Part shown: positions 8,186-15,317 of the stretch, piece by piece | Position numbering within the stretch: the stretch's first letter is position 1 | How the letters are laid out: every line of letters begins with the position of its first letter | Position numbers and translations under genes: made by a program | The notes under the pieces: generated by a model | Databases searched by the model: none | The model's input: only the letters and a program-made list of their open reading frames with translations | Told to the model about the DNA's origin: nothing | DNA from: an uncultured virus (IMG/VR IMGVR_UViG_3300047546_000864) | Lineage: Duplodnaviria; Heunggongvirae; Uroviricota; Caudoviricetes; Kyanoviridae | DNA length: 20,000 nucleotides | IMG/VR virus record: IMGVR_UViG_3300047546_000864 | Span: 51,898-71,897 of that record | Direction: 5' to 3' (one strand)

Positions 8186-8397
8186 GATTTGATAATCCAA
8201 CAAAATGGGAAATCTTCCTTGAGGGTTTCCATAACTTCTGGAATTGTCTGGATTGTTATAATGATGGTGATACTTGGGGATATGATGAGTTCTGGGAAGG
8301 TTTATCTTTGGGATGGTATATGGAATACATCTATCCTTATGATGACCCTTACAATATCATTATTTCAGATGAACGCAAGTTGAGGATAGGTCAATGA
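8182..8397 (+). CDS. hypothetical aromatic/acidic protein
   Basis: 71-aa ORF, GTGA coupling. Confidence 0.75.
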   Translation: MRFDNPTKWEIFLEGFHNFWNCLDCYNDGDTWGYDEFWEGLSLGWYMEYIYPYDDPYNIIISDERKLRIGQ

Positions 8398-8570
8398 ATG
8401 ATAAATCTAAAATCTACTATAATGTCTGGTGTTGTGCTTATCAACGCAGAGGGATATATAAAGGAACAGATAGAGAACACAGAGAGCACGAAACTGTGCG
8501 TATGTGTCTTGATATGAAGGATGTAAAGTTCTATCAATTTGATACTGAAAAACCAAAGCACTTGAAATGA
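8394..8570 (+). CDS. hypothetical protein (58 aa)
   Basis: MNDKSKIYYNVWCCAYQRR...; ATGA coupling on both sides. Confidence 0.7.
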   Translation: MNDKSKIYYNVWCCAYQRRGIYKGTDREHREHETVRMCLDMKDVKFYQFDTEKPKHLK

Positions 8571-8734
8571 TGAAAGTAACCGAGCACAACATTACTGAAT
8601 GGAAACTTACTGATGTTGAGATTAGTGAGTTAATTCGTCTTACAAAAGATCAAATGAAAAATGCCGATGATAAGGTAAGTGAACTTTTTTATGGTATGAT
8701 TGTGGGAAAATTACTGATTATGAAAAATGAATGA
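8567..8734 (+). CDS. hypothetical protein (55 aa)
   Basis: MMKVTEHNITEWKLTDVEISELIRL... Confidence 0.65.
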   Translation: MMKVTEHNITEWKLTDVEISELIRLTKDQMKNADDKVSELFYGMIVGKLLIMKNE

Positions 8735-8897
8735 TGAACATTATGGGTGGGTCGTGAACAAACACTATGACTGGATTAATATGCTGAACAAAATGAAAGA
8801 AGGAAATCCGCAACGATTTGAAGAGTTTCGGTATTCAGAGCAGACGATTTATCATTACCTAGATAGATTGCAGCACGAGCAGAATCTTTACGACTAA
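8727..8897 (+). CDS. hypothetical protein (56 aa)
   Basis: MNDEHYGWVVNKHYDWINML...; TAATG coupling to next gene. Confidence 0.7.
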   Translation: MNDEHYGWVVNKHYDWINMLNKMKEGNPQRFEEFRYSEQTIYHYLDRLQHEQNLYD

Positions 8898-9076
8898 TGA
8901 AATTTGAAGATTGGTTTGAAGAAATGGAAGGGTACTCATTCCGCTCTGAAAGATTCTATGATGACTTTGATTTTGCAGCAAAAACAAATGATTATGGAGC
9001 AATCATCAAGTGGTTGCAGGCAGCATATCAAGTGGGTTATGAAGATGGGCAAAGAATTTATGGAGGAACGGAATGA
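8897..9076 (+). CDS. hypothetical protein (59 aa)
   Basis: MKFEDWFEEMEGYSFRSERFYDDF...KWLQAAYQVGY. Confidence 0.75.
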   Translation: MKFEDWFEEMEGYSFRSERFYDDFDFAAKTNDYGAIIKWLQAAYQVGYEDGQRIYGGTE

Positions 9077-9234
9077 ACTTTACACCTGAACATTACAAAC
9101 TCATTCACACTGCTGTTCGTCGATATCAGATTGAGAAGGCTATTCTGAATAGTGACGAGTATCAGCAGTGCAATGAGATACTTGACGGACTCTTTGATAT
9201 CGTGTATACTCAACGTGTTGAGCAACCTACCTGA
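9073..9234 (+). CDS. hypothetical protein (53 aa)
   Basis: MNFTPEHYKLIHTAVRRYQ...; GGAGG RBS. Confidence 0.75.
   Translation: MNFTPEHYKLIHTAVRRYQIEKAILNSDEYQQCNEILDGLFDIVYTQRVEQPT
9182..9210 (+). promoter_or_regulatory. intragenic sigma70-like promoter
   Basis: TTGACG-N17-TATACT, upstream of 9234 ORF and the dehydratase. Confidence 0.6.
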
Positions 9235-9404
9235 TGGACTACACTGAAGAATTTCCCTTTGATCAGTTTCCTTGGAAGTTGGTTTACAAAGAAGGAAAAG
9301 AAACCCGCAAGTGTTATTTTGATAGCGAACACAATCGTCAAAAGCACATTGACCGATACAATCTTAAAAAGAAAGACATTCAACTGAGTTACAAGTATGA
9401 CTAA
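9234..9404 (+). CDS. hypothetical protein (56 aa)
   Basis: MDYTEEFPFDQFPWKLVYKEGKETRKCYF...; TGATG coupling. Confidence 0.75.
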   Translation: MDYTEEFPFDQFPWKLVYKEGKETRKCYFDSEHNRQKHIDRYNLKKKDIQLSYKYD

Positions 9405-10422
9405 GAGAGCATTGATTACTGGTGGTGCTGGATTTATTGCACACCATCTGATTGGTCAAATTTTGAAGACAACTGATTGGGAGGTTATTACTCTTGATCG
9501 TCTTGATTACAGTGGAAATTTGAATCGACTTCACGATCTAATGCTCTCATTCGATCCTGAAGTTCGTAAGCGTGTTCGTGTTGTTCATCATGACCTCAAA
9601 GCTGAACTTAATCCTCTTGTCCGTTCTGAAATCGGTCAAGTTGATTACATTCTCCATCTTGCTGCTGGTTCTCACGTTGACCGTAGTATTGAATATCCTA
9701 TGGAGTTTGTACTTGATAATGTAGTAGGAACCTGCAACATTCTTGAGTTTGCCCGTACTCAAACTAATCTTGAAAGGTTTGTTTACTTTAGCACTGATGA
9801 AGTATTCGGTCCTGCTCCTGATGGAATCAAGTATGAGGAGAACGACCGTTATAACTCCACGAATCCTTATAGTGCATCTAAAGCAGGTGGTGAAGAACTT
9901 TCTGTTGCTTATGAGAACACCTACGGTCTTCCAGTATACATTACCCACACGATGAACGTCTTTGGTGAGCGTCAGCATCCAGAGAAGTTTATTCCTATGT
10001 GTATTCGTAAAATTCGTGACGGTGAAACTGTAACCATTCATAGTGATAGTACCTGTACGATTCCTGGGTCACGCCATTACATTCATGCCGAAGATGTTTC
10101 ATCTGCTGTCCTATTTCTGTTGAACTATGAGGGTAAGTTTGAACCTACTTGGGGCAACGCTAAGTGTCCTAAGTTCAACATTGTTGGTTCAGAAGAACTC
10201 AACAACCTAGAACTTGCTGAGATTATTGCAGAAGCACAAGGTCAAGAACTCAAGTATGAACTTGTGGATTTCCACTCATCCCGCCCTGGACATGACTTGC
10301 GTTATGCTCTATCTGGTGATAAAATGAAAGAGTTGGGATGGGTCCCCCAAAAGTCAGTTCGTGAGCGTATCGCAGAAGTGACTCAATGGACTCTTTCAAA
10401 CGAACGCTGGATTACTCTATGA
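9397..10422 (+). CDS. rfbB: dTDP-glucose 4,6-dehydratase (extended SDR nucleotide-sugar dehydratase)
   Basis: TGGAGFIA Rossmann motif, DRLDYSGN, HLAAGSHVDRSI, STDEVFG, catalytic YSASK, QHPEKFIP, RPGHDLRY. Confidence 0.9.
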   Translation: MTKRALITGGAGFIAHHLIGQILKTTDWEVITLDRLDYSGNLNRLHDLMLSFDPEVRKRVRVVHHDLKAELNPLVRSEIGQVDYILHLAAGSHVDRSIEYPMEFVLDNVVGTCNILEFARTQTNLERFVYFSTDEVFGPAPDGIKYEENDRYNSTNPYSASKAGGEELSVAYENTYGLPVYITHTMNVFGERQHPEKFIPMCIRKIRDGETVTIHSDSTCTIPGSRHYIHAEDVSSAVLFLLNYEGKFEPTWGNAKCPKFNIVGSEELNNLELAEIIAEAQGQELKYELVDFHSSRPGHDLRYALSGDKMKELGWVPQKSVRERIAEVTQWTLSNERWITL

Positions 10423-10550
10423 CTGAACGTACTTTTGTAGATAAGAATGGTAATTCGTGGTTTTGGGAAGAAACTCCAGAAACCATTGAGGCACTGAAAC
10501 AACTTCATAAAACTGTAAAGGAAGTAAATGACAAAAAAGAAACTAATTGA
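10419..10550 (+). CDS. hypothetical protein (43 aa)
   Basis: MTERTFVDKNGNSWFWEETPETIEALKQLH...; ATGA coupling. Confidence 0.65.
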   Translation: MTERTFVDKNGNSWFWEETPETIEALKQLHKTVKEVNDKKETN

Positions 10551-10737
10551 CGACTGCTTTTACATTGAACAAAAAAAGTATGGACTCTGGGATTCAACCG
10601 ACAAAGATGGTAAGGGACTGGTCACGTCTCTCACTGAAGAGCAATGTATATCAGCAACCCGTTACATTCTTAAAGGACGGCAGGAAGGTTTCCCTGAATC
10701 CAAAATTTATGAGGGTCAAGTAGGAGGTAAATTGTGA
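10528..10737 (+). CDS. cyanophage hypothetical protein
   Basis: 69-aa ORF ending YEGQVGGKL; AAGGA RBS. Confidence 0.8.
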   Translation: MTKKKLIDDCFYIEQKKYGLWDSTDKDGKGLVTSLTEEQCISATRYILKGRQEGFPESKIYEGQVGGKL

Positions 10738-10871
10738 GTGATACAGACCCAACAGCACCTTGGTATGAATTCATTTCATATTGTAGGTGCTGTGAAAGTC
10801 TTGGAGTAACACCATCCATTCAACGTTATATGGCTTATCGAAATTATCTTAAATCTGTTGGTATATTATGA
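10734..10871 (+). CDS. hypothetical protein (45 aa)
   Basis: MSDTDPTAPWYEFISYCRCCESLGVTPS...; AGGAGG RBS; coupled on both sides. Confidence 0.7.
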   Translation: MSDTDPTAPWYEFISYCRCCESLGVTPSIQRYMAYRNYLKSVGIL

Positions 10872-11071
10872 GTTGGTTTAGCAAATGGTCTTTTTCTGAT
10901 GATGTTCCAATGGATGATGTCTACAAGAGACTTTATGAGTTGGAAGCAAAAGTAGAAAGACTTGAAGAAGAAAACGTAGAGTTGATTAACGAATTGTATA
11001 GGATGGAAAATTCTCTGGATTCGCGTATAGATATTCTTGCTGAGCGTTGTAGGATCAATTACGATGTATGA
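10868..11071 (+). CDS. small coiled-coil hypothetical protein
   Basis: Heptad-like LYELEAKVERLEEENVELINEL. Confidence 0.75.
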   Translation: MSWFSKWSFSDDVPMDDVYKRLYELEAKVERLEEENVELINELYRMENSLDSRIDILAERCRINYDV

Positions 11072-11243
11072 TTTAGATGATTTTGAAAAAGCACTTGCAC
11101 ACTTTGGAACAAGAGTTGATGTTATCATAGCAATGGAGATGGGAGGAAAGTTTGATGCTGAAACTGCTTACAAAAATATTAAAATGGAACTCAAAGAGCT
11201 CAAACGTCTCCGAAAGTCCATCAAAAAAGACAAGGATATGTGA
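11064..11243 (+). CDS. hypothetical protein
   Basis: MYDLDDFEKALAHFGTRVDVIIAMEMGGK... Confidence 0.75.
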   Translation: MYDLDDFEKALAHFGTRVDVIIAMEMGGKFDAETAYKNIKMELKELKRLRKSIKKDKDM

Positions 11244-11358
11244 TAAGTGTGGTGTAGAAAAACCACTTAATAAAGACCATTATGAAGTTGTGAAATACTT
11301 TCGTGACGGATTTTCATATTATTGTCATGAATGTTCTAAACCAAAACCAAGAGATTGA
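11152..11358 (+). CDS. small zinc-finger-like protein (start uncertain)
   Basis: CDKC...CHEC; TGATG coupling to next gene; long overlap with previous gene makes the start doubtful. Confidence 0.55.
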   Translation: MMLKLLTKILKWNSKSSNVSESPSKKTRICDKCGVEKPLNKDHYEVVKYFRDGFSYYCHECSKPKPRD

Positions 11359-11516
11359 TGGAAGATACGCTTAAAATAACACAAAATGAAGATGGGTCTT
11401 TTTCTATGGACTGGGATCCAGAAGACCCAAATTGGAAGTGGTTGAATGGCTTGACTTCCAAAGAGATTCAGGTTATAGTAGAGCAAGCAATCAAGGACTT
11501 TACCGATGGACTTTGA
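11358..11516 (+). CDS. hypothetical protein (52 aa)
   Basis: MEDTLKITQNEDGSFSMDWDPEDPNWKWLNGLTSKEIQ... Confidence 0.7.
   Translation: MEDTLKITQNEDGSFSMDWDPEDPNWKWLNGLTSKEIQVIVEQAIKDFTDGL
11451..11479 (+). promoter_or_regulatory. intragenic sigma70-like promoter
   Basis: TTGACT-N17-TATAGT upstream of 11506 gene. Confidence 0.55.
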
Positions 11517-12282
11517 CTACAAGAAGTATTCTCTTGAACAACTTGATAACTGGATGCACGATGCTTTGTCTTGTGCAGAGGCAACTCCCCAAGAAATCTA
11601 TGATGTAATCAAGGGTGTAGTAGAAGAACAATATGTTTACTTCAAAGAGCAAGCAAATCGTTGTTATCAATTACTTGCTCTTCTGAATGATGATCGTAAG
11701 CATCGCATTCCTGTATATGATGAATTCAGGGGTTCAACGGTAAGTAGCGTCCAATATACTGAAGAAGAACTGAATGCGATGTGCGACAAGGCAGCATCGG
11801 ATCAAGAAAAAGAACAATGCCGCGAGTATAACCTGCGTGAAGCAGAATACTATGATAAGCGAGCAGAACTTGACGCGAAGCACTCTAAACATTATTACGA
11901 TTATACTCGTAATGATTTTAATCGCCTAAATCCTTTCCTCACATATGATGAAGCAGTTGCTGCTGGTTGGGAAATGACTGCCGATGGCTTCTGGATTCCA
12001 TCTCAAAAAGAAGATAAAGTAAAGAAATGGGTTCTTCCTGTCGAAGAAGCGAAAGATACTGATACCGATGAAACAGAATATTTTGTTTCTTTCCCCGATG
12101 ATCTTCTTGAAGCAGCAAATCTGAAAGAGGGTGATCAAGTTGAATGGGTCGATAATGGTAATGGATCTTATACACTCAAAAAAGTATGGAAAGATCCTTA
12201 TAAAGAAGAAATGCTTGCTGCTGGATATAAAATGATCGATGGTCGTTGGCAACATTCTGAACTTAAATCGGATGAGTGTTGA
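11506..12282 (+). CDS. multi-module protein with C-terminal AbrB/MazE/SpoVT-like DNA-binding domain
   Basis: YFVSFPDDLLEAANLKEGDQVEWVDNGNGSYTLKK matches the swapped-hairpin pattern; AAGGA RBS. Confidence 0.7.
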   Translation: MDFDYKKYSLEQLDNWMHDALSCAEATPQEIYDVIKGVVEEQYVYFKEQANRCYQLLALLNDDRKHRIPVYDEFRGSTVSSVQYTEEELNAMCDKAASDQEKEQCREYNLREAEYYDKRAELDAKHSKHYYDYTRNDFNRLNPFLTYDEAVAAGWEMTADGFWIPSQKEDKVKKWVLPVEEAKDTDTDETEYFVSFPDDLLEAANLKEGDQVEWVDNGNGSYTLKKVWKDPYKEEMLAAGYKMIDGRWQHSELKSDEC

Positions 12283-12452
12283 TGATTGAAACTCTTGTTT
12301 GTGGTTATAATATATTCTGCCACGTAAAAAATGTGGTAGAATATCCAAGAACACAAATACCTGTGATAAAATACTATGAACCAGGTAAGTCTTGTTATGT
12401 AAATGGAACTTTTTATACTAAATGTGAGGATAGATTAAATGGCGCTAAGTGA
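12282..12452 (+). CDS. hypothetical protein (56 aa)
   Basis: MIETLVCGYNIFCH...YYEPGKSCYVNGTFYTKC; TGATG coupling. Confidence 0.65.
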   Translation: MIETLVCGYNIFCHVKNVVEYPRTQIPVIKYYEPGKSCYVNGTFYTKCEDRLNGAK

Positions 12453-12669
12453 ATCTGTTGAAACAAGTCTAAAGGAAGCAGAAGCATCTTTGCGTAATGC
12501 ATTAGCATATGCTGCACGTCAAGAACGTCCAATGGTTTGTAGTGTAATCGCTGATATGATCAGTCGTATTGAAACTCTACAAACGACTGATTCTATTCTG
12601 GATAAACTTGAAAATCGTAAACCAGGAGACTCTGGTTTCTTTGGAACTATCTTTGGAAAAGATGACTAA
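12439..12669 (+). CDS. cyanophage hypothetical protein
   Basis: MALSESVETSLKEAEASLRNALAYAARQERP; GAGGA RBS. Confidence 0.8.
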   Translation: MALSESVETSLKEAEASLRNALAYAARQERPMVCSVIADMISRIETLQTTDSILDKLENRKPGDSGFFGTIFGKDD

Positions 12670-13018
12670 ACCTAACGAACTTGGTAAAGCACTAAAAGAA
12701 TGGTGGGATTCTGATGCTTTCAAAGAAATGCAAAAAGAAAATGAAGAAGCAAAGCAACGTGCAGTAGGAAAGTATTTTATGCTTTCTGAAGAGGATAAAC
12801 TTGATATGGTACAAGCAATCTGCTATATTATGTGTAAGGCAGAGAGCGAAGGAACTAGTCATCGTGGTCTTCAAGATGCACTTGGAATTTATCCTGCTGG
12901 TTTCTGGGTAGATCATCTAATTCACGTTCACAATGCTCTCTGGTCTTATTATCAAGACGAAAAAATACACCAAGAACTGAAAGATGATCTTGATGCACTT
13001 GATGATTTTATTAAGTAA
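12662..13018 (+). CDS. hypothetical protein
   Basis: MTKPNELGKALKEWWDSD... within ORF 12569..13018. Confidence 0.8.
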   Translation: MTKPNELGKALKEWWDSDAFKEMQKENEEAKQRAVGKYFMLSEEDKLDMVQAICYIMCKAESEGTSHRGLQDALGIYPAGFWVDHLIHVHNALWSYYQDEKIHQELKDDLDALDDFIK

Positions 13019-13102
13019 TGTAACGTGATCCCGAAGAAAACATTAAGTTTCTAGATAGTAATATATTAGAATGCTAACATTGGGACACATCGCAAAAGAC
13101 TT

Positions 13103-13309
13103 ATGACTCTAGCAAAAACTGGATCTGAAAACCTTACACAAGAAGAATGGAGTGAACTTGTAGCTCTTAAAGATGCTATTACCTACGCTCCACAGACAGT
13201 TTCTGCCGAAAAAATGGAAAAGTTCACTGAACTAATGGTTCGTTCACTTGAGGGCAAGTGTGATCCTCTCCCACCAAAGAATTGGAGAGGATCTGCTCTG
13301 AGTGAGTGA
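13103..13309 (+). CDS. small hypothetical protein upstream of cp12
   Basis: 68-aa ORF LTQEEWSELVALKDAITYAPQTVSAEKMEKFTELMVRSL. Confidence 0.75.
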   Translation: MTLAKTGSENLTQEEWSELVALKDAITYAPQTVSAEKMEKFTELMVRSLEGKCDPLPPKNWRGSALSE

Positions 13310-13313
13310 GAAA

Positions 13314-13320
13314 ATAAATA
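13314..13320 (+). promoter_or_regulatory. T4-type late promoter
   Basis: ATAAATA 20 nt upstream of cp12 ATG. Confidence 0.55.
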
Positions 13321-13340
13321 GATTATCACGCTACAAAACA

Positions 13341-13553
13341 ATGGAAAACATCGATCAACACATCCAGAAGGATGAAGAACTTTTGAGTGATCCTACGATT
13401 TCTGCACAATCAAGAAGACATACAGAAGAAGAATTAGAAGCACTAAAGGCTTATAAGGCAAATCATCCTGATGATTCCCACGATCCAACAGCATTTGAGT
13501 TATATTGTGATGCTAACCCCGATGCGTTAGAATGTAGAGTCTACGATGATTGA
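13341..13553 (+). CDS. cp12: CP12 Calvin-cycle inhibitor (phage auxiliary metabolic gene)
   Basis: MENIDQHIQKD...RRHTEEELEALKAY...HDPTAFELYCDANPDALECRVYDD; canonical C-terminal Cys pair. Confidence 0.93.
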   Translation: MENIDQHIQKDEELLSDPTISAQSRRHTEEELEALKAYKANHPDDSHDPTAFELYCDANPDALECRVYDD

Positions 13554-13557
13554 TTTT

Positions 13558-13584
13558 AAGGAGGGTTGATCCCCTCCTTTTTTT
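13558..13584 (+). terminator. Rho-independent terminator after cp12
   Basis: AAGGAGGG-TTGATC-CCCTCCTT followed by T-run. Confidence 0.85.
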
Positions 13585-13594
13585 ATGGTAGAAT
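13566..13594 (+). promoter_or_regulatory. sigma70 promoter nested in the terminator, driving the methyltransferase
   Basis: TTGATC (hairpin loop)-N17-TAGAAT with TG extension. Confidence 0.65.
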
Positions 13595-13614
13595 GACGGG
13601 ATAAGATTTTTTCG

Positions 13615-14595
13615 GTGATGCCTGAGATTAAGATTCTTCAGAAGCCTGTTGAAGAACTCAATACCATTGACCAGACATTTGATCTGATTTATATGGACCC
13701 TCCCTTTGGATTGCAGCGGGATTTTACAATGCAGGAGGAAGATGGTCAAGAGAAAGGTTTTAGTGATAATTGGAGTTCCTTTGATGACTATATTGACTGG
13801 TATGCAGAAGTCATCAATAACTGTTTTGCTAAGTTGAATAAGAATGGGTGGTTATATGCCCACAATAACTTTATTGGTAATGCTTTAGTCCTTTCTAAGG
13901 TAGATCCTAAAGTTAGGGATGCTTTCTACACTAACATCTCTTGGAAACGTAGTGGACCAAAGAACAACCTCAAGAATGGTTGGGGTAACATTGTAGATAG
14001 TATTATGGTGCTGCAGAAAGGCAAACCATACTTTGAAGTTGAATATACATCTCTTGATCCAGTGTATGCTGAGAACAGCTTCAAGAATAAAGATGAAGTT
14101 GGATATTATGCTCTCGCAAAGGTGACTGGTGAAAAGAGTCGTCCTTGTGCCCGTTTTGAGTATAAAGGTTATAATCCTCAGTATGGATTCCGTATAACAA
14201 GGGAAAAACTGGAAGAACTGGACGCCCAGGGTCGTCTGCACTACGGAGCAAACAATATTTACAAAAAAATCTATTCTCACGAGTCTAAAGGTGTCCCAGT
14301 GCAGAATTTGTGGGATGATGTATACTTTATCAGCAGAAGTGAACAGAATAAGCGTAAATATCCTACACAAAAGCCTCTGAAACTGTTAGAACGTATCATA
14401 AAGTCGTCTTGTCCTCCTGATGGATGGGTGCTGGACCCCTTCTGTGGATCTGGAACGACAGCAATTTCCGCTTTTGGTTTGGGGCGAAATTGTATCACGA
14501 TGGATGTGAATCCAGACGCAATCAGCATTGCCCAGGAGACAGTTGATGAACTGGCACAGCAGCAGTCGAATGCGCTGGTGGAGGCACTATACTAA
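13615..14595 (+). CDS. orphan beta-class amino-DNA methyltransferase (probably N6-adenine)
   Basis: Motif IV LIYMDPPF near N-terminus, YPTQKPLKLLERII, motif I VLDPFCGSGTT near C-terminus. Confidence 0.9.
   Translation: MMPEIKILQKPVEELNTIDQTFDLIYMDPPFGLQRDFTMQEEDGQEKGFSDNWSSFDDYIDWYAEVINNCFAKLNKNGWLYAHNNFIGNALVLSKVDPKVRDAFYTNISWKRSGPKNNLKNGWGNIVDSIMVLQKGKPYFEVEYTSLDPVYAENSFKNKDEVGYYALAKVTGEKSRPCARFEYKGYNPQYGFRITREKLEELDAQGRLHYGANNIYKKIYSHESKGVPVQNLWDDVYFISRSEQNKRKYPTQKPLKLLERIIKSSCPPDGWVLDPFCGSGTTAISAFGLGRNCITMDVNPDAISIAQETVDELAQQQSNALVEALY
14536..14593 (+). promoter_or_regulatory. palindrome promoter element (copy 5)
   Basis: GAGACAGTT-GATG-AACTGGCAC, 30-bp gap, TATACT. Confidence 0.7.
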
Positions 14596-14632
14596 ATATT
14601 GATGCTTAGGAGTCGCATCTAAAAGCAAAGTT

Positions 14633-14657
14633 GGGGGGACAGAAATGTCCCTCTTTT
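14633..14657 (+). terminator. terminator-like hairpin upstream of homing endonuclease
   Basis: GGGACA-GAAA-TGTCCC GNRA hairpin followed by TCTTTT. Confidence 0.65.
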
Positions 14658-14659
14658 AA

Positions 14660-14667
14660 TATAAATA
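14660..14667 (+). promoter_or_regulatory. T4 late promoter
   Basis: Perfect TATAAATA 23 nt upstream of ATG 14691. Confidence 0.75.
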
Positions 14668-14690
14668 TTATTGCGACTTTTAAGACAAGA

Positions 14691-15290
14691 ATGAATAACT
14701 ATTACACTTACGCTTACTTGCGTGAAGATGGAACTCCTTATTATATTGGTAAGGGGAAGGGGGATAGAATAAACGATACAACTGGAAGACCAACAAAACC
14801 TCCCAAAGATAAAACTAAAAGAATATATCTTAAATGTAATCTTACCGAACAAGAAGCATTTAGACACGAAATCTATATGATTGCTGTGTTTGGTAGGAAG
14901 GATTTGCGAACTGGAATATTAAGGAACAAGAGTAATGGTGGGGAAGGTAATAGTGGATTACTTGTCTCTCAAAAAAATAAAGAAATATTGAGACAAAGAA
15001 TGAAAGAAAATAATATTATGAACTCTCATAGAGAAAATTATCTTGAAGGAATAAAAAAACGAAGTCAAAATAAAAAATGGTTGGAAAGTAGAAGAAAAAC
15101 ATATGAGATTACACTTCAATCTGGAGAAGTAATTATAGTTGATCATTTATCCAAATTTTGTGAGGAAAGAAATTATTGTCCTTCTAAAATTAGAGGAATT
15201 ATTGCTGGGGACAGGAAAACATATAAGGACATTGTGGCAGTTCAGAAACTGTCACAAGCACCATCCAAGCGGGAGCAGGACACCCTATAA
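14691..15290 (+). CDS. free-standing GIY-YIG-like (Seg-type) homing endonuclease
   Basis: YTYAYLREDGTPYYIGKG...R...EQEAFRHE...LRNKSNGGEG catalytic pattern; basic C-terminal DNA-binding region; very AT-rich. Confidence 0.8.
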   Translation: MNNYYTYAYLREDGTPYYIGKGKGDRINDTTGRPTKPPKDKTKRIYLKCNLTEQEAFRHEIYMIAVFGRKDLRTGILRNKSNGGEGNSGLLVSQKNKEILRQRMKENNIMNSHRENYLEGIKKRSQNKKWLESRRKTYEITLQSGEVIIVDHLSKFCEERNYCPSKIRGIIAGDRKTYKDIVAVQKLSQAPSKREQDTL

Positions 15291-15291
15291 T
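15234..15291 (+). promoter_or_regulatory. palindrome promoter element (copy 6)
   Basis: TTGTGGCAGTT-CAGA-AACTGTCACAA (1 mismatch), 30-bp gap, TATAAT. Confidence 0.8.
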
Positions 15292-15317
15292 ATATTTGTT
15301 GATTTGAGGCACCTATC

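Noticed and set aside
8904..9089. Track ORF 8904..9089 (also 3646, 4078, 8189, 9743, 15139, 15460, 16154, 17564)
   Set aside because: Alternative-frame overlaps of better, translationally coupled ORFs such as 8897..9076.
11506..12669. MazEF-type toxin-antitoxin pair
   Set aside because: Neighbouring ORFs show no recognisable toxin motifs, and the AbrB-like domain is C-terminal in a 258-aa protein.
588..14595. Type III restriction-modification system (Res-like helicase plus Mod-like MTase)
   Set aside because: The genes are about 12 kb apart, and the helicase is short with no visible endonuclease domain.
14596..14690. tRNA or group I intron around the endonuclease
   Set aside because: No cloverleaf or intron core is visible and the flanking genes are not split; the structure fits a regulatory leader.
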